A DNA stretch of 36,041 nucleotides from Gemmatimonadota bacterium (GCA_031365045.1 JANLXK010000506.1:1-36041), one strand, 5' to 3'. Shown: positions 19,084 through 28,694, numbered from the stretch's first letter. The notes: generated by a model not told the origin, from the sequence alone. Made by a program: numbers and translations.

Positions 19084-20481
19084 ATGCGATCCTTCCTGCC
19101 CTGTCCCTCCCTGTCCCTGCAACTCCGCGTTCGTTGGCGCGGCTTGCTCGCGAGCGGCGTCCTGGCGCTGGCCGCGTGCAGTCCGCCCACCAAGGACCGG
19201 ATCGCGCTCGTCGGGGTGAACGTCTTCGACGGCACGGATGGTCCGACGCTGGAAGACCAGGTCATCATCATCCGGGGCACCAAGATCGAGAGCATCTCGC
19301 CCCGGGTCGGCTTTTCCATTCCGCGCACCGCGGAGGCCATCGACCTCACGGGGAAGTGGGTGATCCCCGGGCTGATCGATGCGCACGTCCACGTCGACCG
19401 GTGGTCGCTCCCGCGGTTCCTCGCCTTCGGCGTGACCAGCGTCCGTGACCTGCACCATCAGCAGGACTCCATCCTGGCGCTGCGCGAGGAAGCGGCACTG
19501 GGATCGATCCGCACCCCCCGGCTCTTCATCGCCGGGGCGATGATCGACGGCGAGCCGGCGTCGGTCCCCGGCGCCACCGGCGTCGCCGATGCCAACGCGG
19601 CCCGCCGTGCGGTGGACGAGCGCGCGGTCGCCAACATCCCGGTCGTGAAGACCTACACCCGCGTCACCCCGCCCCTCCTCAAGGCGATCGTCGACGAGGC
19701 CACTTCCCTCAACCTCCCGGTGACGGCCCACCTCGGCCTGACCGACGCGGTCTCGGCGGCGAAGCTCGGGGTGCACAGCATCGAGCACCTCACCGGCGTC
19801 CCCGAGGCGATCGGTCCGGCCGACAAGTACTACGCCGCGCACCGAAAGAGTTTCTTCGAGGGGTGGAACCTGACCGAGCGCGCGTGGGCGGGACTCGACT
19901 CGACTTCCCTCGCCCGCGTGGCCGGGCAGCTGGCCGAGCTCCACGTCACCCTCGTCCCGACCCTGGTGCTGCTCGACACCTGGAGCCGGCTGGATGACCC
20001 GTCGGTGACCACCGGGGCCGACCTGGCCTACGTCCCCCAGCGGATCAAGGAGGAGTGGGACCTCCCGAACTTCATCGCCGGCGCCGGCTGGGACGCCGCG
20101 ACCCTGACCGCCTTCCGCGCCGGCCGCGCCAACCAGGATCTCTTCCTGCGTGAATTCCGCGGCGCCGGTGGGATCATCGTAGCAGGGACCGACGCGTCGA
20201 ACCCGATGATCATCCCCGGCGCGAGCCTCCACCAGGAACTCTCGCTGCTGGTCCAGGCCGGGCTCTCGCCCTCGGACGCGCTCCTTGCGGCCACCGGGCG
20301 TGCCGCGGCACTGCTCGGCGCCGACTCGATCGGCGTGCTCGCCGCCGGCAAGGTGGCCGATCTCGTGGTGCTCGATGGCGACCCACGCTCCGACATCGCC
20401 AACACCCGGAAGATCCTCCGGGTGATGCTCGGCGGGGTCCAGATGCCGCGCGACTCGCTCGATCGGGTCGCACGGCAGTGA
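19084..20481 (+). CDS. Metal-dependent amidohydrolase family lipoprotein
   Basis: 465 aa. Lipobox LALAAC, metal site GLIDAHVHV, and later motifs (TAHL, IEH, AGTD) consistent with the amidohydrolase fold. Confidence 0.85.
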   Translation: MRSFLPCPSLSLQLRVRWRGLLASGVLALAACSPPTKDRIALVGVNVFDGTDGPTLEDQVIIIRGTKIESISPRVGFSIPRTAEAIDLTGKWVIPGLIDAHVHVDRWSLPRFLAFGVTSVRDLHHQQDSILALREEAALGSIRTPRLFIAGAMIDGEPASVPGATGVADANAARRAVDERAVANIPVVKTYTRVTPPLLKAIVDEATSLNLPVTAHLGLTDAVSAAKLGVHSIEHLTGVPEAIGPADKYYAAHRKSFFEGWNLTERAWAGLDSTSLARVAGQLAELHVTLVPTLVLLDTWSRLDDPSVTTGADLAYVPQRIKEEWDLPNFIAGAGWDAATLTAFRAGRANQDLFLREFRGAGGIIVAGTDASNPMIIPGASLHQELSLLVQAGLSPSDALLAATGRAAALLGADSIGVLAAGKVADLVVLDGDPRSDIANTRKILRVMLGGVQMPRDSLDRVARQ

Positions 20482-20819
20482 GCCTCGTCCGGCTCGTCCT
20501 CGCGGCCCTCGCGGTAACAGCATGGTTCGTCGCATGGGTGTTCGCGGCGCGGCGACTCCGACCTGACCCTCGGCCCCCCCGGTTCCGTTTCGAAGTGGTC
20601 GAAGCGATCCTCCTGACCATGTTCGGGGCGCTCTGGTTCGCCTCGCTCGGCCACGGTGCCTGGTGGGTGCTCTTCGCCGTGATCGGCCTGATGATCGAAG
20701 GGCCCGTCCGGCAACGCCACCGCAGCGAGCTCCCGGCCGAGCCCGCCCCGTGGCGTCCCCTGCTCCTCGGCACCCTCCGCGTCCTCGGCGCCGGCGCCAT
20801 CCTCTCGCTCCTCCTGTGA
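20478..20819 (+). CDS. Small integral membrane protein, hypothetical
   Basis: 113 aa with 3-4 hydrophobic helices. Its GTG start overlaps the amidohydrolase stop (GTGA). Confidence 0.6.
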   Translation: MSLVRLVLAALAVTAWFVAWVFAARRLRPDPRPPRFRFEVVEAILLTMFGALWFASLGHGAWWVLFAVIGLMIEGPVRQRHRSELPAEPAPWRPLLLGTLRVLGAGAILSLLL

Positions 20820-21541
20820 ATCAACGGCTGGCGGAATGGGCGCGGGGGCGGCGCACGCGCCCCGCGCTCCTCGTGCGCGCGATGCTCAGCACGGCGGAGC
20901 CCGGTGACACCGAGCTGAAGGCGTCGCTCGCCGGCTCGCTCGCCGCCGCGCCCTGTGCGCCCGAGCTCGTCGCACTGGCCTGGCGGGCGATCGAACTGAT
21001 GGACCTGGGGCCGGCGCCGGATGAGCGGATCGATGCGCTCCTCGTCGCGCTCCAGGCGCCGGCTCCTCCGATGCTCCCCCTGCTGATGCCCACCGGCGCA
21101 ATGATCATGGACGTCGACGCGGCCCTCCTTGCCGAGGAAGCGCTGGCCCTCCGGGCCCTCACCAAGGCGCGCAGGCTCGACCTCCCCGCGGTCCGGACGC
21201 GGCTCGATGCGATGGCGCGCCACGGGCCGGGGCTCGACGGTGCGACCCGGCGGGCATCGGCGCTGCACGGCATCGCCGCCGACGCGGTGCACTACCCCAC
21301 CGCCGTCGCGAAGCTGGTGGCCGAACTCGCGGCAGTGCAGAAGCGGGACGGGACCTGGGGAGAGCACGATCTCTTCCATGTCGGGCAGGCGCTGCTGGCG
21401 GTGGAGCACCCGGAGGCGGAACGAGCGCTCCGGCGGGGAGCCAAAGCGCTCGAGGCGCGTCAAGGGTCGGATGGCGGATTCGGGAGCGAGGAACGGAGCT
21501 GGATCGCGTGCCGGTGGCTCGTGCGGATACGCTCGCTCTAG
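20816..21541 (+). CDS. Hypothetical protein with prenyltransferase/terpene-cyclase-like repeats
   Basis: The GTG at 20816 overlaps the previous stop (GTGA). QKRDGTWGE and RQGSDGGFGSEE resemble alpha/alpha-toroid repeat motifs. The assignment is weak. Confidence 0.5.
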   Translation: MNQRLAEWARGRRTRPALLVRAMLSTAEPGDTELKASLAGSLAAAPCAPELVALAWRAIELMDLGPAPDERIDALLVALQAPAPPMLPLLMPTGAMIMDVDAALLAEEALALRALTKARRLDLPAVRTRLDAMARHGPGLDGATRRASALHGIAADAVHYPTAVAKLVAELAAVQKRDGTWGEHDLFHVGQALLAVEHPEAERALRRGAKALEARQGSDGGFGSEERSWIACRWLVRIRSL

Positions 21542-22026
21542 CCGCAGCCCGGCACGCTGTCGTGTTGAACGAACCGTACCGACCCCGCCCAGCGCGGTAC
21601 CTGTCCTAGATCCACTGGAGCCACTGTGACCGCGGCCGCATTGCAGGCGATCCTGTTGATTTCCGTGTAATGCACCACCAGGACGCCAGATTCGATCGCG
21701 GCACTGTCGAGAACGACATCCCGGGAAGGGGTCGGGTACCAGCCGGCCGCGACGTAGACGATCGACGAGTCACCGAAAGCGAGGCGGGGCCCGGTGGTCG
21801 GGGGTGGGGCCATGCGGCCCATCACCCTGCTGTAGAGACCGTCCCACTCATGCTGTCCCCGGACGATCCCGACCTCAGGCGATTCGATCACCGATTGATC
21901 GGTATAGGCCGTGGGTTGGGCGCGAAGCCTGGACAGGCCAATCGGGCCTTCGCCCGGGGCCACCGGAATGTCGGCAGTACAGGCGACCAGGAACGCCGCG
22001 AGGGTGAGGACGAGCAATCGGCTCAT
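21538..22026 (-). CDS. Hypothetical lipoprotein
   Basis: 162 aa with lipobox FLVAC. Convergent with the preceding gene, overlapping it by 4 nt (CTAG). Confidence 0.65.
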   Translation of the reverse strand: MSRLLVLTLAAFLVACTADIPVAPGEGPIGLSRLRAQPTAYTDQSVIESPEVGIVRGQHEWDGLYSRVMGRMAPPPTTGPRLAFGDSSIVYVAAGWYPTPSRDVVLDSAAIESGVLVVHYTEINRIACNAAAVTVAPVDLGQVPRWAGSVRFVQHDSVPGCG

Positions 22027-22088
22027 GCCTGTAGTGTCGCGTTGCAGGACGCCGCCTGCAAGCCCCCTGTCGGGACTATCTTCTAAAC

Positions 22089-22304
22089 ATGCGCTGGACC
22101 ACCGCCCGGATGGATCAACTCGAACGCGCGATCCGCGATGGCCTCCGCATCTCCCTGATGCGCCGGGGGTCGGAGCATATCGTCGTGGCGCGACGGCTCA
22201 CCACGGTGGGGTCGCGCGATGCGGTGATCGGCCTGGTGCCGATGACCGGCGCGGAACTCACGTTCGTGCTGGACGATGTCGAGGATTTCCAGTTGCTTGG
22301 TTGA
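22089..22304 (+). CDS. Hypothetical small protein (71 aa)
   Basis: ORF with genome-typical codon bias. No family recognised. Confidence 0.45.
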   Translation: MRWTTARMDQLERAIRDGLRISLMRRGSEHIVVARRLTTVGSRDAVIGLVPMTGAELTFVLDDVEDFQLLG

Positions 22305-22305
22305 G

Positions 22306-22435
22306 GGTCGTTGGTGAAAGGTCGTTGGTCATTGGTCATTTGCCTTTGATCGCTAGAATTATCTCCTTCACACCCTGCCCCGGTCGAATGCCGCACTCCA
22401 CCATCGCCTCGACCAATGACCAACGACCAATGACC
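22306..22435. repeat. Inverted heptamer arrays (GGTCRTT)n / (AAYGACC)n
   Basis: Left array 22306-22340, right array 22411-22435. The core is a perfect 18-bp complement: GGTCGTTGGTCATTGGTC (22320-22337) against GACCAATGACCAACGACC (22411-22428). The spacer is 73 nt. The right arm contains the rnhA ATG (22430). Confidence 0.9.
22332..22359 (+). promoter_or_regulatory. Candidate sigma-70-type promoter TTGGTC-N16-TAGAAT
   Basis: Read directly. The -35 falls in the left repeat arm and the -10 in the lower-GC spacer, about 70 nt upstream of rnhA. Confidence 0.35.
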
Positions 22436-23065
22436 GCTGCCTCGACCACCCCGATCGCCGTCATCCACCTCGACGAATCCTGCCTTGGCAATGGACAGGA
22501 AGGCGCCACCCCCGGGGGTGCCGGTGGGATCATCGAACTCCGCCACGGTGCGGGGATCGAGCGCCGCGACTTCTGGCTGAGCTCCCCCGACACGACCAAC
22601 AACCGGATGGCGCTGGCCGGGGCGACCGCGCTGCTCCGGATCCTGGCCGCCAAGGGACACCGGTTCCGGCTCCTCGCCATCTCCGACTCACAATATCTGG
22701 TGAAAGGGATCCGCGAGTGGCTGCCGGGGTGGGTCGCCAAAGGGTGGCGACGGCAGGCGGGGCCGATCGAGAACCTGGAGATGTGGCAGGAACTGCACGC
22801 CGCGCTCCGGCTCCACGACGCCAGCTGGTCGTGGGTGCGGGGACATCAGGGGCACCCGAAGAACGAGTATGCCAACGACCTGGCCGTCCGCGCCGCGAAG
22901 GAGCAGACCAGGGGGGACGGCGGCGCGGAGAGCGAATTCGCAGACTGGCTCGCGGCCGAGTGCGCCAGGAAGCGGTATGTGGGGTATGACCCGGACGCGG
23001 CGTTCGTCGCGCTCGAGACGAGGCTCCGGGAGGGGGCGCTGATCCCGCTGGCGTTGAAGGAGTAG
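22430..23065 (+). CDS. rnhA: Ribonuclease HI with a C-terminal extension
   Basis: IHLDESCLGNG (catalytic D/E region), ISDSQY and VRGHQGHPKNEYANDLA. The upstream in-frame ATG at 22388 would only add repeat-encoded residues (STNDQRP). Confidence 0.85.
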   Translation: MTAASTTPIAVIHLDESCLGNGQEGATPGGAGGIIELRHGAGIERRDFWLSSPDTTNNRMALAGATALLRILAAKGHRFRLLAISDSQYLVKGIREWLPGWVAKGWRRQAGPIENLEMWQELHAALRLHDASWSWVRGHQGHPKNEYANDLAVRAAKEQTRGDGGAESEFADWLAAECARKRYVGYDPDAAFVALETRLREGALIPLALKE

Positions 23066-23170
23066 GGAGTGGGAAGTTGGGAGTGGGGAGTCAGGAGGGG
23101 TGCAAGGCAAGGGCCCGTGCAGATCCGCACGGGCCCTTCCATATCAACCCTCCAAACTCCCGACTCCTAC
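23065..23170. repeat. Inverted heptamer arrays (GGGAGTN)n / (ANCTCCC)n enclosing a strong hairpin
   Basis: Left array 23065-23100 reads GGGAGTG GGAAGTT GGGAGTG GGGAGTC AGGAGGG. Right array 23148-23170 reads CCCTCCA AACTCCC GACTCCT. The arms touch the stop codons of the two convergent genes. Confidence 0.8.
23109..23138. terminator. Perfect 12-bp hairpin AAGGGCCCGTGC-AGATCC-GCACGGGCCCTT between convergent genes
   Basis: Read directly. There is no U-run on either side, so it is a possible bidirectional terminator or RNA-stability element. Confidence 0.5.
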
Positions 23171-24036
23171 TTCAGTCCATATCCCAGACCGAGTCGCACC
23201 GCCCACGCCGTACCCGGGTCGCCGTAGAGTTCGCCGGTGAGGCCGAGCCGGGCGGTGGGGATCCAGGTGGCGCCCCCGAAGAGGACGGTGCGGCGGTAAT
23301 TCCCTTCGATCTTCTGGTCCCGAAGTTGACCGAATCGATTCACGAAATCGACCTGGAAGCGGGGCCGGAGGAAGTTCACTCCCACACCGACATACGGCCG
23401 GAGCTTTCCGCGGGCGATGGGCCACCCGTAGGCGAGATCGAGCCCGAACGCGTTGGGCTTGTAGTGGTCGTTCGAGGGCTTGGCGCCTCCGGCACATTCG
23501 CTTGCACCGAGAGCGAGCGTGTCCTCCGCGATCTGGGCCTTGGTGCAGGTGATCGGGGCGCGGATCACGCCAAAGGTGGCCGAGCCGCGGACGGAGATGA
23601 TGCCGGTGGCGACCGGCACCGAACGGGCAAGCGCGACGCTGACCAAGTTGGCCTTCACGTCGTTCACCGTGACCGGGGGGATCCAGCTCAGCTCGAACGA
23701 GAAGCCGTCAGCGAGGCCGAAGATGACGCGGGGCCGCGGGAGGACCGTCATCAGGTTGACGTTCTCCGGTGGTTTTCCGGGATTGCAGAACGTCGGCGTC
23801 GCTGTGGCGGGATCGATCGTCGAAAGAGTACTGACTTCGAAGAGCACCATTGTGCTGTGCGGGCGGAGCGCCATCGGCGAGGCGGCTCGTCCGAAGGCTG
23901 TTGCGACGCCCCGGATGCGAAAGATCTCCGCCTCATTGGAGCTCACTGGCAGGTGGCCCAGAGTGCAGTCGGGACCCTGGGCGGCGAGGGGGGTGGCGCC
24001 GGCCAGCAGGGCGAGCGGGATCATCCAGTGACGCAT
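23167..24036 (-). CDS. Outer-membrane beta-barrel protein, hypothetical
   Basis: 289 aa with a signal peptide ending PLAAQG. Alternating-hydrophobic strands run throughout. Gly/aromatic-rich C-terminus. Confidence 0.7.
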   Translation of the reverse strand: MRHWMIPLALLAGATPLAAQGPDCTLGHLPVSSNEAEIFRIRGVATAFGRAASPMALRPHSTMVLFEVSTLSTIDPATATPTFCNPGKPPENVNLMTVLPRPRVIFGLADGFSFELSWIPPVTVNDVKANLVSVALARSVPVATGIISVRGSATFGVIRAPITCTKAQIAEDTLALGASECAGGAKPSNDHYKPNAFGLDLAYGWPIARGKLRPYVGVGVNFLRPRFQVDFVNRFGQLRDQKIEGNYRRTVLFGGATWIPTARLGLTGELYGDPGTAWAVRLGLGYGLK

Positions 24037-24054
24037 CGGACCTCCGAGGGTTGC

Positions 24055-24083
24055 TTGACGGCCCCTGTCGTGGTGCCTAACCT
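24055..24083 (+). promoter_or_regulatory. Candidate promoter TTGACG-N17-TAACCT
   Basis: Read directly. It would give a near-leaderless transcript for the GTG at 24096. Confidence 0.35.
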
Positions 24084-24095
24084 CCCACCACTCCC

Positions 24096-24806
24096 GTGAC
24101 CGACCTCCACCGACTCTTCCGCCGTCTCGTCGACGGCCTCATCGCCATCGACCCGGCGCGGCTCCATCGCCCGCTCACGGTGGCGGAGATGGTGCGCACC
24201 GTGGTGCCGTATCGGACCTCGCGTGCCGCGCTGGGACTCGACTCGAGCGAGGACTACGACCTGCTCATCCTCCGCCTGCTGAGCGGCGAGGGGGGCTACG
24301 TCGAGGTCCGGCCCGCGGAGGTCGCCGCGCGCGCGGCGGCGGAACTGGCCGGCACCAATCCTGACCCGGCGCTCTTGAGGGAATTTGGCGGTACCGAGGT
24401 CACTCTCGCTACCGCCCGCCTGGCGCAGGCGCTCGGCCCGGGCCCCGACGCCGCCTGGGCGCCCCCGGAAGAAGTCGACAGTGAACAGTCGCTCGAGACG
24501 CTCGAGGGAGACGCTGACACCGACGAAGATCCGGGGGTGATGGAGACCGGCCGCGTCCCCTGGACCGTGGACGCCATCACCGGGGGACGTGGCGGGGTCA
24601 TTCCGCTCCACACCGGAGCGGTGCCCGATGAAGGGACCCGGTGTGGCTACTGCGGCGGCCTCCTGCCAGCGGGGCGCCAGGTGAACTTCTGTCCCCATTG
24701 CGGCCAGAGTCAGACCTTCATCCGCTGCAGTGAGTGCGGCAACGAGGTCGAGTTCGGCTGGAAACATTGCGTCGCGTGTGGTGCCGGCGTCGGCGAACTT
24801 GACTAA
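24096..24806 (+). CDS. Double zinc-ribbon domain protein
   Basis: 236 aa. The C-terminus reads CGYCGG...FCPHCG...CSECG...CVACG (two zinc ribbons). The middle is acidic and low-complexity. Confidence 0.7.
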   Translation: MTDLHRLFRRLVDGLIAIDPARLHRPLTVAEMVRTVVPYRTSRAALGLDSSEDYDLLILRLLSGEGGYVEVRPAEVAARAAAELAGTNPDPALLREFGGTEVTLATARLAQALGPGPDAAWAPPEEVDSEQSLETLEGDADTDEDPGVMETGRVPWTVDAITGGRGGVIPLHTGAVPDEGTRCGYCGGLLPAGRQVNFCPHCGQSQTFIRCSECGNEVEFGWKHCVACGAGVGELD

Positions 24807-24816
24807 GTCGATCGAA

Positions 24817-25761
24817 ATGACCAGGGAACTTGCCGCCTGCCTCCTGACCGGCCTGCTGCTCGCTGCGTCTCGTCTCGCAGCTCAGGATACCACGACCGCG
24901 CGAGCCGACAGCGACCGGAACGTGATCCTGCTCGACATCACGGTGGACCCAAACGTGAACGAGCGACAGGTCGTGTACCTGCAGAAGGGGATCGTGTACC
25001 GAGCCTCCTTCTCGCAACCGGGCGTCATCCTCCGGGTGCGATCACGGAAGAACAAACAACTTCCCTTCGTCGTCCCCCTCTCGAATGCACCGGACGCATC
25101 AGAGAGCTCCGAGATCGAGATCTATCCTCAATCGGACGGTGACATCGAGCTGACTCCGGTGTTCAATGCCCGGGGGGTCCCGGTGACCTTCCGGCTCTGG
25201 CGTGATGTCAGGGCGACCGAGCGGGGGCAACGCGCGGCTGAAGAAGGGTGGTGGGAACTGGGCGTGGACGGGTTGGTGGGTTGGCACGGCGCATTCAACG
25301 CCGGGACGGCCGAGTCCTCGGGATCAGGGGCGACGTTCGGTGGGTGCTTGGGCGTCCGCAACGGGCTGGGGCCGCTTGGATTCATCAACGGCTGCATCTT
25401 CGGGTTCGAACGATTGAACAGTTCGACCACACCGGGGTTCTTCCTTTTCACCGAACCAGAGATCAGGCTCAGTAACGGCCGCCGGACCGACTCGGGGTGG
25501 AAGTTCGAATGGGGGCTGTTGATCCGCTATGCCGCGTTCGGCAGCGAGAACGACGGGGGGAACCTTGGTGGCGGCAACTTGGGCTACGGCGCTTACCTTG
25601 CCAGGGACCAGCGGGACCTCGACGGCCTCGGGTGGCGGATCACCCTGATGGGCCGGATGGACGGCGGTGAGCAGGGGACGATCGACGGGTTCGGAGTGGT
25701 CACCAAGACCACCCGGATCTGGGCCCCGGCGTTCCAGTTGGGTGTCGGGCGGTACCACTAG
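24817..25761 (+). CDS. Secreted hypothetical protein (possible small barrel at the C-terminus)
   Basis: The ATG at 24817 gives MTRELAACLLTGLLLAASRLAAQD (signal peptide). The C-terminal half is Gly/aromatic-rich. Lies 10 nt after the zinc-ribbon gene. Confidence 0.65.
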   Translation: MTRELAACLLTGLLLAASRLAAQDTTTARADSDRNVILLDITVDPNVNERQVVYLQKGIVYRASFSQPGVILRVRSRKNKQLPFVVPLSNAPDASESSEIEIYPQSDGDIELTPVFNARGVPVTFRLWRDVRATERGQRAAEEGWWELGVDGLVGWHGAFNAGTAESSGSGATFGGCLGVRNGLGPLGFINGCIFGFERLNSSTTPGFFLFTEPEIRLSNGRRTDSGWKFEWGLLIRYAAFGSENDGGNLGGGNLGYGAYLARDQRDLDGLGWRITLMGRMDGGEQGTIDGFGVVTKTTRIWAPAFQLGVGRYH

Positions 25762-25803
25762 TCGTTCTGCAACCCCGACCCGCCGTGCCGCTATCTTTAG
25801 CGC

Positions 25804-27009
25804 ATGCCAGCCGCCCGCTCTGACGTCGTATTCCTGAGCGCTGTCCGCACCGGATTCGGTGCGTTCGGCGGCGCCCTGAAAGACCTCTCGGCCACCGACC
25901 TGGGCGTCCACGCCGCCCAGGGAGCGCTGGCGCGCGCCGGCCTTCCCGCCGCCCAAGTCGATCACGTCATCGTCGGCAACGCGCTCCAGACCTCGGCTGA
26001 CGCGATCTACCTCGCCCGCCACGTGGGGCTCCGTGCCGGGTGCCGGATCGAGACCCCCGCCGTGACGGTGAACCGGCTCTGCGGCTCCGGCTTCGAGGCG
26101 GTCATCGAAGGGGCGCGCCAGATCCTCCTCGGCGAATCGAAGGTGGTGCTGGTCGGCGGGGCCGAGTCGATGAGCCAGGCACCCCACGTGCTCCGCGGTG
26201 CCCGTTGGGGATATCGTTTCGGCCAGACCCCGCCCCTCGAAGACACCCTCTGGGAAGCGTTGCGCGACCCGCAGTGCGGGCGCGCGATGGCGGAGACTGC
26301 TGAGGCGCTGGCGGTGGAGCACGGCATCAGCCGAGCTGACTGTGACGCCTATGCGCTCCGGAGCCAGCAGGGTGCGACGGCGGCGTGGAAGGAGGGACGG
26401 ATGGCCGACGAGGTCATCCCCGTCCCGCTCCGCGACCGGAAGACGAAGCGGGATGTGCCGTGGAGCGAGGACGAGCATCGCCGCCCCGACACCACCGCCG
26501 AAGGACTGGCCAAGCTGGCACCGGTGTTCCAGAAGAACGGCGTCGTGACCGCCGGCAATGCCTCCGGGATCAGCGACGGCGCGTCGATGCTGGTGCTTGC
26601 GCATGCCGACGTGGCCAAGGCTGCCGGACTGAAGCCGCTCGGCCGCCTGGTGAGCTGGGGCATCGCGGGGGTGGATCCCGGGATCATGGGGATCGGCCCG
26701 GTGCCGGCCTCGAAGATCGCGCTGGCCGACGGCGGCCGGTCGCTGTCCCAGATGGACCTGATCGAGATCAATGAGGCCTTCGCCGCCCAGTATCTGGCGG
26801 TCGAGAAGAGCCTCGGCCTCGATCGCGCCCGCACCAACGTCGACGGCGGTGCCATCGCGCTGGGACATCCCCTCGCGGCCAGCGGCGCTCGCATCACCAC
26901 CCACCTGCTCCACGCGCTCCGCCGCGCCAAGAAGCCGTTCGGCCTCGGCGCCGCTTGCATCGGTGGTGGCCAGGGGGCCGCCGTCATCATCGAAGCGTTC
27001 CCCGCTTGA
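25804..27009 (+). CDS. Acetyl-CoA C-acetyltransferase (thiolase II)
   Basis: 401 aa. VNRLCGSG carries the active Cys. Also [17 protein letters not shown] and CIGGGQG. Confidence 0.95.
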   Translation: MPAARSDVVFLSAVRTGFGAFGGALKDLSATDLGVHAAQGALARAGLPAAQVDHVIVGNALQTSADAIYLARHVGLRAGCRIETPAVTVNRLCGSGFEAVIEGARQILLGESKVVLVGGAESMSQAPHVLRGARWGYRFGQTPPLEDTLWEALRDPQCGRAMAETAEALAVEHGISRADCDAYALRSQQGATAAWKEGRMADEVIPVPLRDRKTKRDVPWSEDEHRRPDTTAEGLAKLAPVFQKNGVVTAGNASGISDGASMLVLAHADVAKAAGLKPLGRLVSWGIAGVDPGIMGIGPVPASKIALADGGRSLSQMDLIEINEAFAAQYLAVEKSLGLDRARTNVDGGAIALGHPLAASGARITTHLLHALRRAKKPFGLGAACIGGGQGAAVIIEAFPA

Positions 27010-27019
27010 GGAGGATCTG

Positions 27020-27856
27020 ATGGGGTTCATGACCGTCGTCGCCGTCTTGGCGCTGGCCTACGTTCTCGGTTCGATCCGGGTCCTGAACGAGTGGGAGCGA
27101 GGGGTCGCGTTCCGTCTCGGACGCTATTGGGGCACGAAAGGCCCGGGACTCATCTTTCTTCCGCTCTTCCTCACCAAGATGCGGCGGATCAGTCTCCGTA
27201 CGGTGGTGATCGACATCCCACCGCAGGACGTCATCACCCGGGACAACGTGACCCTCAAGGTCAACGCCGTGCTCCAGATGCATGTGGCGAACCCCGAGTT
27301 CAGCGTCGTCAAGATCGAGAACTATCTCTACGCCACGAGCCAGCTCGCCCAGACCACCCTCCGGGCGGTGCTCGGCGAGGTAGAGCTCGATGAGCTCCTG
27401 GCCGACCGGGAGAAGATCAATGGCATCCTCAAGCGCATCATCGACGAGCACACCGACCCGTGGGGGATCCAGGTGACCCAGGTGGCGGTGAAGGACGTCG
27501 ACCTGCCGCAGGAAATGAAGCGCGCGATGGCGCGCCAGGCCGAGGCGGAGCGGGAACGGCGGGCGAAGGTGATCTCGGCGCAGGGCGAGTTGCAGGCGTC
27601 CCAGACCCTCACCGAGGCGGCCCGGGTGATGGCCCAGGAGCCGGGGGCGATGCAGCTCCGCTACCTCCAGACCGTCACCGAGATCGCGGCGGAGAACAAC
27701 TCGACCACGATCTTCCCGCTCCCGATGGAGCTGTTCACGCCGTTCCTGGCGGGACGGAAGGACGCGGCGTCGGCGCAGGTGCCGGTGTTCCCGGCCAGCC
27801 GTCCCGACTTTGCGCTCCCCAAGGTGACGGTGACCCCGACCCCCGAGAGCAAGTAG
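27020..27856 (+). CDS. SPFH/band-7 (stomatin-like) membrane protein
   Basis: N-terminal TM helix, then [17 protein letters not shown]...[13 protein letters not shown]...[17 protein letters not shown]...[19 protein letters not shown] lies 6 nt upstream of the ATG. Confidence 0.9.
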   Translation: MGFMTVVAVLALAYVLGSIRVLNEWERGVAFRLGRYWGTKGPGLIFLPLFLTKMRRISLRTVVIDIPPQDVITRDNVTLKVNAVLQMHVANPEFSVVKIENYLYATSQLAQTTLRAVLGEVELDELLADREKINGILKRIIDEHTDPWGIQVTQVAVKDVDLPQEMKRAMARQAEAERERRAKVISAQGELQASQTLTEAARVMAQEPGAMQLRYLQTVTEIAAENNSTTIFPLPMELFTPFLAGRKDAASAQVPVFPASRPDFALPKVTVTPTPESK

Positions 27857-27860
27857 GCCG

Positions 27861-28688
27861 ATGCCCGGACTGCCCTCGAAGTTCGATCGCCAGCAGATGG
27901 ACCGTATCCTCCAACGGGCGGCGGAGCTGCAGGCGGGCGAGCGGGATCCCGGCGAAGCACTCTCCAAGGACGAACTGCTCCAACTCGGCCGGGATGTCGG
28001 GATCCCGGGCAAGTTCCTCGAGCAGGCGGTGATCGAGGAACAGACCCGGATGCCGGCCCAGGTGCTCGACGGCTTCTGGGACAAGGCCGCCGGGCCTGCG
28101 AGCGTGACGGCGATGCGGGTGATCCGCGGAGATGCGGCACAGCTGGAACGGTCCCTGATCGACTATATGGAAGAGGAAGAGCTCCTCACCATCGCGCGGC
28201 AGGGGACCGGGCGGCTCCAGTGGGAGCCGCTCAAGGGGTTCAACGCCGCGATGCGCCGCTCCAAGGCGATCCTGGGCGGCGGGACCAAGCCGTTCATGCT
28301 GGCGCGAGCCGTGGGGGTCAACGCCTCGTTGACCCCGCTCGAGACCGGATTCGTCCACGTGGCGATCGAGGCTGACTTGCGCGAGGCCCGGGGCCAATTC
28401 ATCAGCGGCGGGGTGGCGCTGGGAAGCCTCAGCGTCGTGGGCGGAATGGCCATGGCCCTCCTCGGGTTCCCGTTGCTGGCGATCCCCGTGGTCCCGGTGT
28501 GGCTCGCGCTCGGCTGGGGAGTGCTGCGGCGATATGGTCCGGTCTACCAGCGGACCCAGATGGGGCTCGAGCGGGCGCTCGACCAGCTGGAGCGCGGGAT
28601 CGTGAAGCCGCCGGTGCAGCTCGGGCCTGGTGCCTCGATCGTGGGGGCGGTGCTGGACGAGGTGCGGAAGGCTATCAGTAGTCGGTAG
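27861..28688 (+). CDS. Hypothetical membrane protein downstream of the SPFH gene
   Basis: 275 aa with a soluble N-terminal region and two TM helices near the C-terminus (GGVALGSLSVVGGMAMALLGFPLLAIPVVPVWLALGWGVL). Not NfeD-like as far as I can tell. Confidence 0.65.
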   Translation: MPGLPSKFDRQQMDRILQRAAELQAGERDPGEALSKDELLQLGRDVGIPGKFLEQAVIEEQTRMPAQVLDGFWDKAAGPASVTAMRVIRGDAAQLERSLIDYMEEEELLTIARQGTGRLQWEPLKGFNAAMRRSKAILGGGTKPFMLARAVGVNASLTPLETGFVHVAIEADLREARGQFISGGVALGSLSVVGGMAMALLGFPLLAIPVVPVWLALGWGVLRRYGPVYQRTQMGLERALDQLERGIVKPPVQLGPGASIVGAVLDEVRKAISSR

Positions 28689-28694
28689 ACTGAC

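Noticed and set aside
22388-22429. N-terminal extensions of rnhA (from ATG 22388) and of hbd (from GTG 28753).
   Set aside because: The extra residues (STNDQRP / YGEGP) are encoded by the repeat arm or spacer and precede the conserved N-termini. The shorter starts have better Shine-Dalgarno context, at least for hbd.
25402-25412. GGGTTCGAACG, reminiscent of a tRNA T-arm.
   Set aside because: It lies inside a well-supported CDS (24817-25761), and no acceptor or anticodon stem can be built around it.
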